NCBI GenBank assembly: GCA_963727445.1
Contig: CAVSGI010000010.1
Location: 960,001-1,024,000, forward strand
Origin: an uncultured delta proteobacterium
GTDB lineage: Bacteria > Myxococcota_A > Polyangia > Polyangiales > B10-G4
Length of the DNA: 64,000 nt
Direction of reading: 5' to 3'
The notes under the pieces: model-generated
Seen by the model: only the letters and a program-made list of their open reading frames with translations
Databases searched by the model: none
Told to the model about the DNA's origin: nothing
Shown here: piece after piece, positions 20,204 through 29,881 of the stretch
Position numbering within the stretch: the first letter of the stretch is position 1
How the letters are laid out: every line of letters begins with the position of its first letter
Program-made: the position numbers and the translations under genes

Positions 20204-22075
20204 TCACTCGAGCTCGCGCAGCATGCGTTCGAGCTGGCGAATGTCGATGTCGCCGCTCCCGCTCCCGCTCCCGCTTCCGCCCGCGCCGCCGAGGGCCTGC
20301 ATGAGCGTGTTCAGGTCGAGCCCGCCCGAGCCGCTGGCGCCGCCCGAGCCGCCGCCGAGGGCCTGCATGAGCGTGTTCAGGTCGAGCCCGCCCGAGCCGC
20401 CGGCCCCCTGACCGCCCTGGAGGTTGCCGAGCGCCGCGAAGAGCCCACCCGAGCCTCTCCCGATGTCCTGGTCGCCGTGCGCTTCGTCGAGCCAATGGCG
20501 CGCGATGGTCTCGACGCGCCTCTTGTGCCGTCCTCGCTCGCGGTCGGCGATGACGTCCACCAACCCGCGGCCGGGCGCCTGCTGGAAACGGTATCGGTCG
20601 ACGTAGTCGCGGACCGCCGCGAAGAAGCGCCCCTCACCCACGGCATGCCTGAGCGCCGGATAGACGTAGACCCCCTTGCCGTAGATCAGCCCCGCGTAGG
20701 AGAGGCTCGAATCGAAGGCATCGACGGGCTGGTTCACCGCCGCGTCCGGGTGCCCCATCATCCGCATCATGCGGTAATTCATCTTCACCTGGCTCTCGCC
20801 GTCCTCGCGTGCGCGGGCCGCGCCGTAGCGATCCTCGAGGTAGAGGAGCGCGCTCCACTGGGCGAGAGACTCGTCGATGAAGGGATGGGCGCGCGAATCG
20901 CTGCCGACCAGACCGTGCCACCACTGGTGCGCCACCTCGTGCGCCGTGACCATCTCGATCATGCGCTCCGGGTCGGCGCCCGCACCCAGGAGCGACTCGA
21001 GGCCGCCCATCCCCGAGTCGCGATAGAACATGCTCGCCACCGTGACCAACCCGGCGAACTCGACGCCGCCGGCTCCCCCGACGAGCGGCGCTTCGACCAG
21101 GTCGAGCTCGGTATAGGGATAGCCGCCAAAGCGGCGCTCGAAGATGCGGAAGGCCTCGACGGCCACGTCCAGGACCCGTTCGCCCCCCGCGCGTTCTTCC
21201 GGAAGGAACCAGGAGCGTATGGTGACGTCGCCTACCTGGCGCGTCTCGGCGGTGAGCCGCTTGCTCGCGAGCACAGTGAAGTCGCGCACCATGGAGGCGA
21301 CGACGTGATGCTCCACGCGGCCACCCGTGCGCCGGCGCTCCGCGGTGATTCCGGTGGTCACCACCGTCACGTCGGGGTCGACCCGGATGGTGGCCTCCAC
21401 GTTGGACATGTAGTCGCTGCCGAGGTCGCCCATGGTGGTCGATTCACCCCGCACCCACCCGGAGGCGTCCCTGCGCGCGATCACCGCATAGAAGTTGGCG
21501 AAGGAAGCGATGTCGTCGCCGACCGAGAGCAGCCCGTAGTCGCTGTGGTGCTCGTTGCTCCCGAGCGTCGCCATCCCTTCGAGGCCTTGCGCCATCATGT
21601 TGGTGCGCGACGAATCCGTCACCCGCAGGCGCCCCTCGAGGCCGACGTACATGCGAATGCGCGCCCCGGGAGCCAGGGGCGCGGCCGGCCGAAAGGTGAG
21701 CGCCGTCGCGTTGTCGATGTGGGTATCGCAATGCGTCCCCAGACAGTGCGCGTGGGTGAGGTGCACCGGTGGGGGACCGTCGACTGTGTTCGCGTAGACC
21801 CTGAGGACGATCTCGCCCTGGGGCTGGCCGGTGTCGTTTCGGTAGTCGATCGTCTCGCCGAGGGTGAAGCGCCCGTCGTCGACGTCGATGTCGAGGTCCA
21901 TCTGGTAGTGCGTCAGATCGCTCACGTCCGACAGGCCGGCGGCTGCAGGCAGCGCGCGCGCCGCAGAGCTCCGAAGCGACGCATCGCGCCCCGCGGGACC
22001 GGTTTGTTCCGGCTGCGCCCTCGCCGCGCCCGCCCACGAGGTGATGGCGAGCATCGCGACGAGGCAGCGGATCAT
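20204..22075 (-). CDS. Secreted M1-family metallo-aminopeptidase
   Basis: Signal peptide MIRCLVAMLAITSWAGAARA; GGVEFAG; AHEVAHQWW...IDESLA; LIYGKG. Confidence 0.88.
   Translation of the reverse strand: MIRCLVAMLAITSWAGAARAQPEQTGPAGRDASLRSSAARALPAAAGLSDVSDLTHYQMDLDIDVDDGRFTLGETIDYRNDTGQPQGEIVLRVYANTVDGPPPVHLTHAHCLGTHCDTHIDNATALTFRPAAPLAPGARIRMYVGLEGRLRVTDSSRTNMMAQGLEGMATLGSNEHHSDYGLLSVGDDIASFANFYAVIARRDASGWVRGESTTMGDLGSDYMSNVEATIRVDPDVTVVTTGITAERRRTGGRVEHHVVASMVRDFTVLASKRLTAETRQVGDVTIRSWFLPEERAGGERVLDVAVEAFRIFERRFGGYPYTELDLVEAPLVGGAGGVEFAGLVTVASMFYRDSGMGGLESLLGAGADPERMIEMVTAHEVAHQWWHGLVGSDSRAHPFIDESLAQWSALLYLEDRYGAARAREDGESQVKMNYRMMRMMGHPDAAVNQPVDAFDSSLSYAGLIYGKGVYVYPALRHAVGEGRFFAAVRDYVDRYRFQQAPGRGLVDVIADRERGRHKRRVETIARHWLDEAHGDQDIGRGSGGLFAALGNLQGGQGAGGSGGLDLNTLMQALGGGSGGASGSGGLDLNTLMQALGGAGGSGSGSGSGDIDIRQLERMLRELE
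20285..20400. repeat. Exact 50-bp direct repeat (period 66) in the peptidase C-terminal tail
   Basis: gccgccgagggcctgcatgagcgtgttcaggtcgagcccgcccgagccgc at 20285-20334 and 20351-20400; encodes GSGGLDLNTLMQALGG twice. Confidence 0.9.
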
Positions 22076-22157
22076 GGGCTCACTATGGCGCAGCCCCCGC
22101 TGCGCCACCACCCGCACTGGCTTCTGCAGCGAAAAAACGGGTACGATCGCCATCGTC

Positions 22158-22565
22158 ATGAACATCGAGCGTCGAGATCCGGGTGTGGTCCTCATCCTCT
22201 CGCTCTTCACCTGCGGGCTCTATCTCATCTACTGGTACTTCAAGATGTACGACGAGCTCGAAGAGCTGTGCGGCACGACACCCACCGGCAACTCTTTCAT
22301 CCTCGACCTGCTCCTGACCTTCGTGACCTGCAGCCTCTGGGGGATCTGGGTCGACTACAAGATCTCCATGCAGCTGAACGACCTTCAGCGCGAGCGGGGG
22401 ATCATGAGCCCCGATAGCACGATGCTCGCGGTGGGTCTCGACGTCGCCGCCTACATCACCGGCTTCTTCTGCAACTACATCACGAGCGCCGTACAGCAGG
22501 ACCAGCTCAACAAGGTCGTCCAGACCCCGGTGAATCCCCAGCTGGAGCCCCCCCAGACCTTCTGA
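22158..22565 (+). CDS. DUF4234-like membrane protein
   Basis: RRDPGVVLILSLFTCGLYLIYWYFK...LTFVTCSLWGIW...QDQLN. Confidence 0.75.
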   Translation: MNIERRDPGVVLILSLFTCGLYLIYWYFKMYDELEELCGTTPTGNSFILDLLLTFVTCSLWGIWVDYKISMQLNDLQRERGIMSPDSTMLAVGLDVAAYITGFFCNYITSAVQQDQLNKVVQTPVNPQLEPPQTF

Positions 22566-25114
22566 TGCGTGCGCTCGCGACGACGCTGCTCCCTTGGGCT
22601 CTCGGCCTCTCTGCGTGTAGCGTCGACTCCCACGCCATCCCGCCCGGAGCACCCGTCGACGCGGGCGCAGACGCCTTGCCCGACGGCTTTCTGCCCGACG
22701 GCCCACTGGACGCCGGGCCGCCCTGCACGACCTTCGCCGCCGACCCCACCGTGATCGCGGTGATCGCGGGAGACGACCTCTCGAGGACGGCCGGCGTGAG
22801 CTTCGAGGACACGGAGATCCAGGAGCCCGGCGTGATCGCGCTCGCCGAGAGCCCCTATCGCTATGGCTACTGGGCGTTCCTCGGACACGAGGAGCCCCTC
22901 CTCCGCGATCCTCCCAACCTCGCCGATCTGAGTGGAAGCACGCCGGTGGCCGCGGCCTTTCGCGACGACCTGGACGTCGACGTGAGCGTGGGGGAAGCCC
23001 CGTACGATCTCCTCGTCACCCTCGACGACCGCTACACCATCGAGGTCATCGGGGAGATCGCCCTCACGGCGGGCGACAGCGAGGTCTTTCTGGACGTCGA
23101 CGGTGGTGGTGTCCTGTCGATCGACGTCGACGGAACGGCGTTCACCATACGGCAGCCCACCGCCGGTGAGTCTTCGGTGACCGTCACCGCGCCCCGCGAC
23201 GACTTCTATCCCGTCCACGCCGCATGGCAGAACGAGGGGGGGCCCGGCCGTTTTCACGTGGAGGTCGCGCCGCCTGGTGAGTCACGAGACTTGCCGGCGC
23301 CCTCCGACATGCGCGTGGACGCCTCGTCGCTGTCCGGCCGCGAGGTGATCGGATGGGAGAGCGAGGTTCCCGACGGAGACCCCCTCGGGTCGCGGATCGA
23401 TCTCGACGCCACGGGGTGGACCTCCGACGGGCCGCCCTTCGAGGGCGTGGGCATCACCGAGAACGACAACTGGTCGGCGCGCTGGTTCGGGCGTCAGGTC
23501 ATGAACGACCCCATCGACGACGTCCACGTGCGCTCGAACGAGAGCCACCGGCTCTGGGTCGATGGGGTGTTCCTGGGCCGCGACTACGGAGGCTCGACGG
23601 ACCAGCGCTACGACACGCCGGCACCCGACGGGATCGTCGACGTGGTCATGGAGCTGAGCGATGGCAACGGAGGCTCGGAGCTCACCTACGAGGTGGATGA
23701 TGCGGCCGTCGCCCCCAATCACCTCCGTCCGGCCACCCGCTTCGGAGGCACGCCTTTCGGGGTCGGCGAGCGTTTCTCCCACTCGGTGAGCGACACCCGC
23801 ACGGAGACCCTCGACCTTTCGGGGATCCCCGGAGGTCCGCCCTCCGCCGTGGAGGTCTCGGTGATCGTGGCGGCCGCCGAACCGGAGAGGGTCACCGTGT
23901 CGGTCACCGAGCCCGGCGGACGCATGGACTCCCGATCCCTCGCGGACGCCGCGTGGTCTCGGGCGGGGGGGATGTGGCTCCTGCGATGGGTCCCCCCGTG
24001 GGCCGCGGAGCTGGACTCGGCGGACGACACCTGGGAGATCACCGTCGACAACGCGGCCAGTGACTCGGTGGATTGGATGGCGCAGGGGGTGCTCGTCCAC
24101 CTCGGCGGGGTCGACGCTCCCTACGCGCGCACCGGCAACTACCAGTCGATCGTCCTCGATCTCGGCGACGACACCGAGCTGACCGGCGTACGCGCGGGCG
24201 GGATGTGGACGGGGACGACCGACGTTCGATTCGGGCTGCGCGCGAGCGCCGTACCCGCAGAGCTTCTCTCGATGCCCTTCGCCGACACCGATGACACCGG
24301 GGATCTCGCGACGCCCATCCATGGCCGATTCGTCCAGGTCCGCCTCGACCTGTCGGGACCGGGATGGGACACGCCACGCATCCGCGACCTGCGCATCCTG
24401 GGACGCGCCTGCCGGCGCTGCGCGGAGATCGATCCCACCACCTGCCCCGAAGAGCGGGCCGTCGACGGGCTCGTCGGCCTGTGGCGCTTCGACGAGAGCG
24501 GCAACGTGATTCGTGATCTCTCGGGTTACCGCGTGCACGACCTCATCACCCCGACCGGCGCACGCATCGACTGGGTCCCCGGCTCCGTTCAGGTCGAGAC
24601 CGGTCGTTTCACCGTCGACCGACCCATCGACGCCATCACGGATGCCATCGAAGCCGCGAATGCCCTCACCCTCGAGGCGTGGGTGACGCCCATCGATGAC
24701 GTGCAGGGCGGCCCGGCGCGCATCCTGACGATCTCCGAAGGGGTGTTCGATCGAAACCTCACCCTGGGCCAGGACGGCACCCATTGGGAGGGGCGGATTC
24801 GGCGCGACGGCGCGACGAACGGCAATCCCTTCACCGACTCCGCCGATCCCTCCGTCCGCCCCGGCATGCTGCAGCACATCGTGCTGACCCGAACCCCCGC
24901 CGGTGAGCAGACGCTCTGGGTCGACGAAGTCATGAGCGGCGATCCGGTGTCCACCACCGAGACCCTCGGCAACTGGGACCGCACCTTCCGCCTCTACGTC
25001 GCCAACGAGAGCACCGACGATCGCCAATGGGCCGGCGGCATCCACCTCATCGCCCTCTACGCCCGCGCGCTGAGCGCCGAGGAGATCGCGCGCCACCAGC
25101 GCATCGGGCCGTGA
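22565..25114 (+). CDS. Large surface lipoprotein with PA14-like domains and a C-terminal LamG/ConA-like domain
   Basis: LGLSAC lipobox; DNWSARWFG..RLWVDG (PA14); GLVGLWRFDE, LTLEAWV, LYARALSAEEI (LamG). Confidence 0.78.
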   Translation: MRALATTLLPWALGLSACSVDSHAIPPGAPVDAGADALPDGFLPDGPLDAGPPCTTFAADPTVIAVIAGDDLSRTAGVSFEDTEIQEPGVIALAESPYRYGYWAFLGHEEPLLRDPPNLADLSGSTPVAAAFRDDLDVDVSVGEAPYDLLVTLDDRYTIEVIGEIALTAGDSEVFLDVDGGGVLSIDVDGTAFTIRQPTAGESSVTVTAPRDDFYPVHAAWQNEGGPGRFHVEVAPPGESRDLPAPSDMRVDASSLSGREVIGWESEVPDGDPLGSRIDLDATGWTSDGPPFEGVGITENDNWSARWFGRQVMNDPIDDVHVRSNESHRLWVDGVFLGRDYGGSTDQRYDTPAPDGIVDVVMELSDGNGGSELTYEVDDAAVAPNHLRPATRFGGTPFGVGERFSHSVSDTRTETLDLSGIPGGPPSAVEVSVIVAAAEPERVTVSVTEPGGRMDSRSLADAAWSRAGGMWLLRWVPPWAAELDSADDTWEITVDNAASDSVDWMAQGVLVHLGGVDAPYARTGNYQSIVLDLGDDTELTGVRAGGMWTGTTDVRFGLRASAVPAELLSMPFADTDDTGDLATPIHGRFVQVRLDLSGPGWDTPRIRDLRILGRACRRCAEIDPTTCPEERAVDGLVGLWRFDESGNVIRDLSGYRVHDLITPTGARIDWVPGSVQVETGRFTVDRPIDAITDAIEAANALTLEAWVTPIDDVQGGPARILTISEGVFDRNLTLGQDGTHWEGRIRRDGATNGNPFTDSADPSVRPGMLQHIVLTRTPAGEQTLWVDEVMSGDPVSTTETLGNWDRTFRLYVANESTDDRQWAGGIHLIALYARALSAEEIARHQRIGP

Positions 25115-25199
25115 CGGCGGGGTTGGGGCGGTAGCGGGAACGGCGACGGGGCGCCGAGACGCGTTCGGGTTCGGCGCTGGGGTGGGCGCGGACACCGCA

Positions 25200-25330
25200 G
25201 CGACGGAGACGGATTCGGATTCGGAGACGGATTCGGCGACGGAGACGGGTTCGGATTTGGAGGCGGAGACGGGAACGGATTCGGAGACGGGCAACGGAGA
25301 CGAGAACGGCGACGGGTTCGGGACGGCTGC
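25200..25330. repeat. Degenerate hexamer tandem array (GGAGAC/GGATTC/GGCGAC/GGGTTC)
   Basis: About 20 GGnnnC units with period 6, intergenic, upstream of the HUH transposase. Confidence 0.8.
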
Positions 25331-25536
25331 GCGTTCTGAGACGGCGCTGGGCGCGGAGATGCGCCGGCTGGCGGGGCCCGGCGACCGGAGCGGACCTGCG
25401 GATGCGCGCGGGCCCGGACACGGTCTGGAACGCTCAGACCAGCGCAAGCGAGGCGCAAACGTGCGGGGCTCGGGGGCGTGCCTGTTCGATTTCGCTTGCT
25501 CACTCTCGAATACGTGTCATTGTCTGCCTATTCAAG

Positions 25537-26235
25537 ATGAGTCGCGCTCGCCCCAGATCGAAGCAGCTATCCATTCGCTATCGCAGCTGGGGCGGACGAC
25601 GAAAGGGCGCCGGTCGTCCGCGTCTCGCGGATCGAAAGCGCGTGTCGCATTCGCGACGCGAGCGCTTCCACTGTCGGGTGCCGCTGCTCATCACCATCCG
25701 TGTCTGCGAGCACGTCCCGGACTTGCGGGGCCCCTTCGTGTTACCGACCATCGAGGCCGTGCTCGAGCGGTGGATGAAGCGCGACGGGTTTCGCATCGTG
25801 CACTACTCGGTGCAGGGCAATCACATCCACTTGATCGTGGAAGCGCCTGGCGGCCGAGCGGCCGTTGCGCGCGCGATGAAGGGGATCAAGGTCGCGATCG
25901 CCCGGCGCATCAACCAGCTCACCTTCTCAGAGGGAACGGTGTGGGCCGACCGGTACCACGACCGACTTCTCGACAAGCCGAGGAAGGTTCGAAATGCGCT
26001 CGCCTATGTGCTGAACAATGGACGTCGGCATCGCGTACGCGGGCGATGGCGGCGCTCGCGCGATCGAGTCGACCCCTGTTCGAGCGCCGAGGTCTTCGAG
26101 GGCTGGAAGTGGCCCGTCCAGCACGAACGCGACGGCCCGCCCCCCGTCGTCTCCGCCGGCACCTGGCTGCTGCGCGAAGGTTGGAAGCGAGGCGGCGGAC
26201 GGATCGCGCCCGATCAGGTCCCCGGCGCGGGGTAG
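25537..26235 (+). mobile_element. HUH/Y1 tyrosine transposase, REP-associated (RAYT)/IS200-like
   Basis: WGGRRKGAGRP, LLITIRV, HYSVQGNHIHLIVEA (HUH), VWADRYHDR, RNALAYVLNN (catalytic Tyr), DPCSS; no tnpB gene. Confidence 0.85.
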
Positions 26236-26557
26236 GAGGTCCGAAGGGGGAGTATCGGGATGTCTTCGGAGGTAGCGCGCGCGGACGGCGCCCCCCCTCA
26301 CCGCGCGCCTCTCCCCTCGAGCCTCTAACGCCATCCCCGCCCACCGATCGAGCATCCGCGTCGCACCTCGCCCGCGCCATCCGCGTTGTTCGACGCGCCA
26401 CGGGCTGCCGCCCGCCACCCGACGCCACCCGCAGCCTCCGCCGCGCCGTGCGCCCGCATTCCCTCCAACGCCACGGCCCGAGCCGGCGCGCGCACCTGCC
26501 CGCGACGCCTCCCCCGCGCGCCCTCCGCTCGAACGCACGGCCGCTCGGGCGGCCTCG

Positions 26558-27190
26558 CTACACCCCTGCCAACGGCGCTCCCGTCACCTTCGCGACCTCT
26601 TCCGGCGTGACCCCTGGCGCGCACTCCACGAGGGAGAAACCGTCGGGGCCGACGTCGATCACCGCGAGGTCGGTGATGATGCGGTTCACGACGCCCTGGG
26701 CGGTGAGCGGGTAGTCGCACTCGGCGACGAGCTTGGGCTCGCCCTTCTTGGTGACGTGTTTGGTGAGGACGAGGATGCGGCGCGCCCCCGCCGCGAGGTC
26801 CATCGCGCCGCCGATGCCCATGGTCTTGCCACCCGGGATCGCCCAGTTCGCCAGGTCGCCGGTGGCGCTGATCTGCATCGCGCCGAGGATCGCGAGGTCG
26901 ACGTGGCCGCCGCGGATCATGGTGAAGGAGAGCGCCGAGTCGAAGCAGGAGCCGCCGGTGACGACTGTGACGGTCTGCTTTCCGGCGTTGATGATCTGCG
27001 GGTCCGCCTCGCCTTCGTAGGGGAAGGGGCCCATGCCCAGGATCCCGTTCTCGGTGTGGAGCCAGACGTCGTCACCCTCGGGGATGAAGTTCGCGACCTG
27101 CGTCGGCAGCCCGATGCCCAGGTTCACGATGCTGCCCGGCTCGACCTCGGTGGCGGCGCGCTCGGCGATCTCTTCGCGTGACCAGCTCAT
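26558..27190 (-). CDS. scoB: 3-oxoacid CoA-transferase subunit B
   Basis: VNLGIGLPT, HTENGILG (catalytic Glu), INAGKQ, IRGGHVD, GDLANW, GIGGAMDL. Confidence 0.9.
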   Translation of the reverse strand: MSWSREEIAERAATEVEPGSIVNLGIGLPTQVANFIPEGDDVWLHTENGILGMGPFPYEGEADPQIINAGKQTVTVVTGGSCFDSALSFTMIRGGHVDLAILGAMQISATGDLANWAIPGGKTMGIGGAMDLAAGARRILVLTKHVTKKGEPKLVAECDYPLTAQGVVNRIITDLAVIDVGPDGFSLVECAPGVTPEEVAKVTGAPLAGV

Positions 27191-27921
27191 CGTCCCGCCT
27201 CCGCGCCGGCCGGCCGCGGCCGGGTGGTCTCGTACTCGAAGGGATCCTCGTGCTCCTTCACCTCGACCACGCGGTGGACGAAGACGCCCGGCAGGTGAAC
27301 GTCGTCGGGGTCGATCGCGCCGAGCGGCACGAGCTCGTCGGTCTCGACGATGGTGGTGGTGGCCGCGGTGGCCATCAGCGGCGCGAAGTTTCGCGCGGTG
27401 CGCCAGAAGCGCACGTTCCCGAAGGGGTCGGTCTCGTGCGCGCGGACGAGGGCGTAGTCGGCGTGAAGCGCCTCCTCGAGGACGAACGCGCGCCCACCGA
27501 AGGTGCGGACCTCCTTGCCCTCGGCGACCACGGTCCCCACGCCGGTGGGCGTGTAGAAGGCCGGGATCCCTGCCCCCGCCGCGCGTATCCGCTCGACGAA
27601 GGTCCCCTGGGGGACGATCGACACGTCGATCACCCCGCCGGCCATCGCCGCATGGAGGTCTTCGTTGTTGCCGACGTAGGTGCAGACGATCTTGCGGACG
27701 ATGTCCGCCTTGAGCCAGGCGGCGAGGCCTTTGCCCATGTTGCCGGCGTTGTTGCTGATCAGCGTCAGGTTCTTGGCGCCGGAGTCCACCACCGCGGCGA
27801 TCAACGCCTCGGCATTGCCGCACAAGCCGAAGCCGCCGACCATGATGCGCGCGCCGTCGGAGAGACCTTCGAGCGCTGCTCGTGGGTCGGTTTTTACTTT
27901 GTCGCGATGTCTTCCCGTCAT
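27187..27921 (-). CDS. scoA: 3-oxoacid CoA-transferase subunit A
   Basis: MVGGFGLCG, LISNNAG, YVGNN, PQGTFVERIRAAGAGIPAFYTPTGVGT; 4-nt overlap with subunit B. Confidence 0.9.
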   Translation of the reverse strand: MTGRHRDKVKTDPRAALEGLSDGARIMVGGFGLCGNAEALIAAVVDSGAKNLTLISNNAGNMGKGLAAWLKADIVRKIVCTYVGNNEDLHAAMAGGVIDVSIVPQGTFVERIRAAGAGIPAFYTPTGVGTVVAEGKEVRTFGGRAFVLEEALHADYALVRAHETDPFGNVRFWRTARNFAPLMATAATTTIVETDELVPLGAIDPDDVHLPGVFVHRVVEVKEHEDPFEYETTRPRPAGAEAGR

Positions 27922-28029
27922 CTCGAGCACCCTGGGGCCGGCGGCTACGAGAAAAAAGGGGCCGCGGCGGCCTCCGGGGGAAGAGTACACGGGCGCTTCC
28001 GCCGATAGCGGGGTAACTTCAGGGGGCTG

Positions 28030-29724
28030 ATGGGAAGTAGCGCGCTCTCTCAATCGACCCGGCCCGGCGAAGAGGTCCCGCTCGACCCCGGCTCGGTGCT
28101 CGACGGGCGCTATCGGGTGGTGGACGTGCTCGGGATGGGCGGCGTCGGCATCGTCTACCGCGCGGAGCACCTCGGCCTCAAACGCGAGGTGGCGGTCAAG
28201 GTCCTGCGAAAGAGCTTCGTGGAGCACACCTCGCTTCGCCCGCGCTTCGACCGCGAGGCGCGCGCGATGGCGGCGATGAGCCACCCCAACATCGTCTCGG
28301 TGATGGACTTCGGTGCGGCGGAAGGGGCGCCTTTCATCGTCATGGAGCTCCTCGAAGGACGGACACTTCGCGAGCTGATGGACGAGGGACCGGTGCCCGA
28401 GGCGGAAGCGCTGCGCATCTCCCGTGAGCTCCTCCGGGGCCTCGGGTACGCGCACGGGCGCGGGCTGGTCCACCGCGACGTCAAGCCCGGCAACGTCTTC
28501 CTGCAGGCCCTCGACGCACAGGGCGAGCACGTGAAGCTCCTCGACTTCGGCTTCGCGAAGATCCAGGCGGGCTCGGAGCTCACCACCGGCTCGATGATCT
28601 CCGCGGTGGACGAGACATTCGGCACGCCCGCGTACATGTCGCCGGAGCAGGCGATGGGCGACAACCTCGACCATCGCGCCGACCTCTACTCGGTCGGCGT
28701 GGTGATCTTCGAGATGCTCGCCGGCGACAAGCCCTTCGACGGAGAGCTGCACGAGATCGTGAAGGCGCACCTCGCCGCACCGGTCCCGCCCATCGAGGAG
28801 TTCCGCCCCGATGTCCGCGTCCGCCCCCCGCTGGCCGAGCTCCTCGCCAAGGCGATGGCGAAGAACCCTGTGGATCGCTTTCGCGACGCGGACGAGATGG
28901 CCCACGCGATCGAGGAGCTCCCGCGCGAATCCCTGGTGCCCAAGCCCATCTGGGAGGACAGCGTCCGCGCGGCGCGCGAGGCCGAAGACGCCGAGCAGGA
29001 AGAGCGGATCGCCAAGTCCGAACCGCCCCCACCGATCCACCCCGAGGAGCCGCAGCAGAGGTCACTGACCGTTCCCATCGTCGCGCTCGGCGTCCTGCTC
29101 GCCCTCTCCACCGCCTATTTCCTCTGGCCCGCAGGGACGACGGAGACGGAGACAGCGACGGAGACCGCGACCGCGACGGAGACCCCGACGGAGACGGAGA
29201 CCGCGACCGCGACCGCGCGGACGCAAAGCGATCCCGAAGCCGACGCCGTCTTCGCCACCGATCCCGTCCCCGCCTCCGAATCCGAGACCGCAGCCGTCGC
29301 CGAAGCCGAAGCCGAAGCCGAAACCGTCGCCGAGCCCGATGCCCCCGCCGCAGCGGACTCCGAATCCGCTTTCGACTTCGCCACCGACGCCTGGCACCTG
29401 CACCCCACCGTCCCCCTCCTCGAGGACATTCGCGCCGCCCTCGACGCGGGTGAGACGCCGCGCACGCGGGCGGTCAATCAGCTGCGGGCCTACTCGCGCG
29501 GGAACCGAGCCGACCCGCGGCCCCATCTGCTCCTCGCCCGCATCTTCTTCGCGCGGCATTGGTGGAGCGACGCCCTCGCGCGCTTCACCCTGGCCTACGA
29601 GGTGGACCACCGGATCGCGGAGGATCCGGACATGCGCGCCGCCCTCGAGAGCCTGGCGGCCAACCCGAGCATCGCTGGCGACGCCACCCAGGTGATGCGC
29701 CAGATCTACGGCGGGCCGAGCTGA
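28030..29724 (+). CDS. Transmembrane Ser/Thr kinase with a T/E/A-rich linker and C-terminal TPR-like helices
   Basis: LGMGGVGIVY, HRDVKPGN, DFG, GTPAYMSPEQ; TM VPIVALGVLLALSTAYFLW; TETETATET linker. Confidence 0.9.
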   Translation: MGSSALSQSTRPGEEVPLDPGSVLDGRYRVVDVLGMGGVGIVYRAEHLGLKREVAVKVLRKSFVEHTSLRPRFDREARAMAAMSHPNIVSVMDFGAAEGAPFIVMELLEGRTLRELMDEGPVPEAEALRISRELLRGLGYAHGRGLVHRDVKPGNVFLQALDAQGEHVKLLDFGFAKIQAGSELTTGSMISAVDETFGTPAYMSPEQAMGDNLDHRADLYSVGVVIFEMLAGDKPFDGELHEIVKAHLAAPVPPIEEFRPDVRVRPPLAELLAKAMAKNPVDRFRDADEMAHAIEELPRESLVPKPIWEDSVRAAREAEDAEQEERIAKSEPPPPIHPEEPQQRSLTVPIVALGVLLALSTAYFLWPAGTTETETATETATATETPTETETATATARTQSDPEADAVFATDPVPASESETAAVAEAEAEAETVAEPDAPAAADSESAFDFATDAWHLHPTVPLLEDIRAALDAGETPRTRAVNQLRAYSRGNRADPRPHLLLARIFFARHWWSDALARFTLAYEVDHRIAEDPDMRAALESLAANPSIAGDATQVMRQIYGGPS

Positions 29725-29881
29725 GCTTCCTGCGATCCCTGCGCAGTCGAGCAAGGCTTGCCTAGGGCTCAGCGTCGCCCTTCGCCGGCTGCGCTCCCAA
29801 AACCACCCGTAATATCAGGGAGATGAGTGTCGAAACCCACCTCTGCCCACAGGTGGCCGCTGCATTGCTCTATCCGCAAGC

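Noticed and set aside
25182..26714. 510-aa ORF beginning with ETDSDSET repeats
   Set aside because: It overlaps the HUH transposase out of frame and has no sensible composition beyond the repeat.
27922..29040. Apparent 617-aa form of CoA-transferase subunit A
   Set aside because: The extension is antisense to the kinase gene; the ScoA-like sequence begins near 27921.
29725..29815. Possible structured ncRNA or REP between the kinase and vanW-like genes
   Set aside because: Only short imperfect stems, no second copy in the window and no recognisable family.
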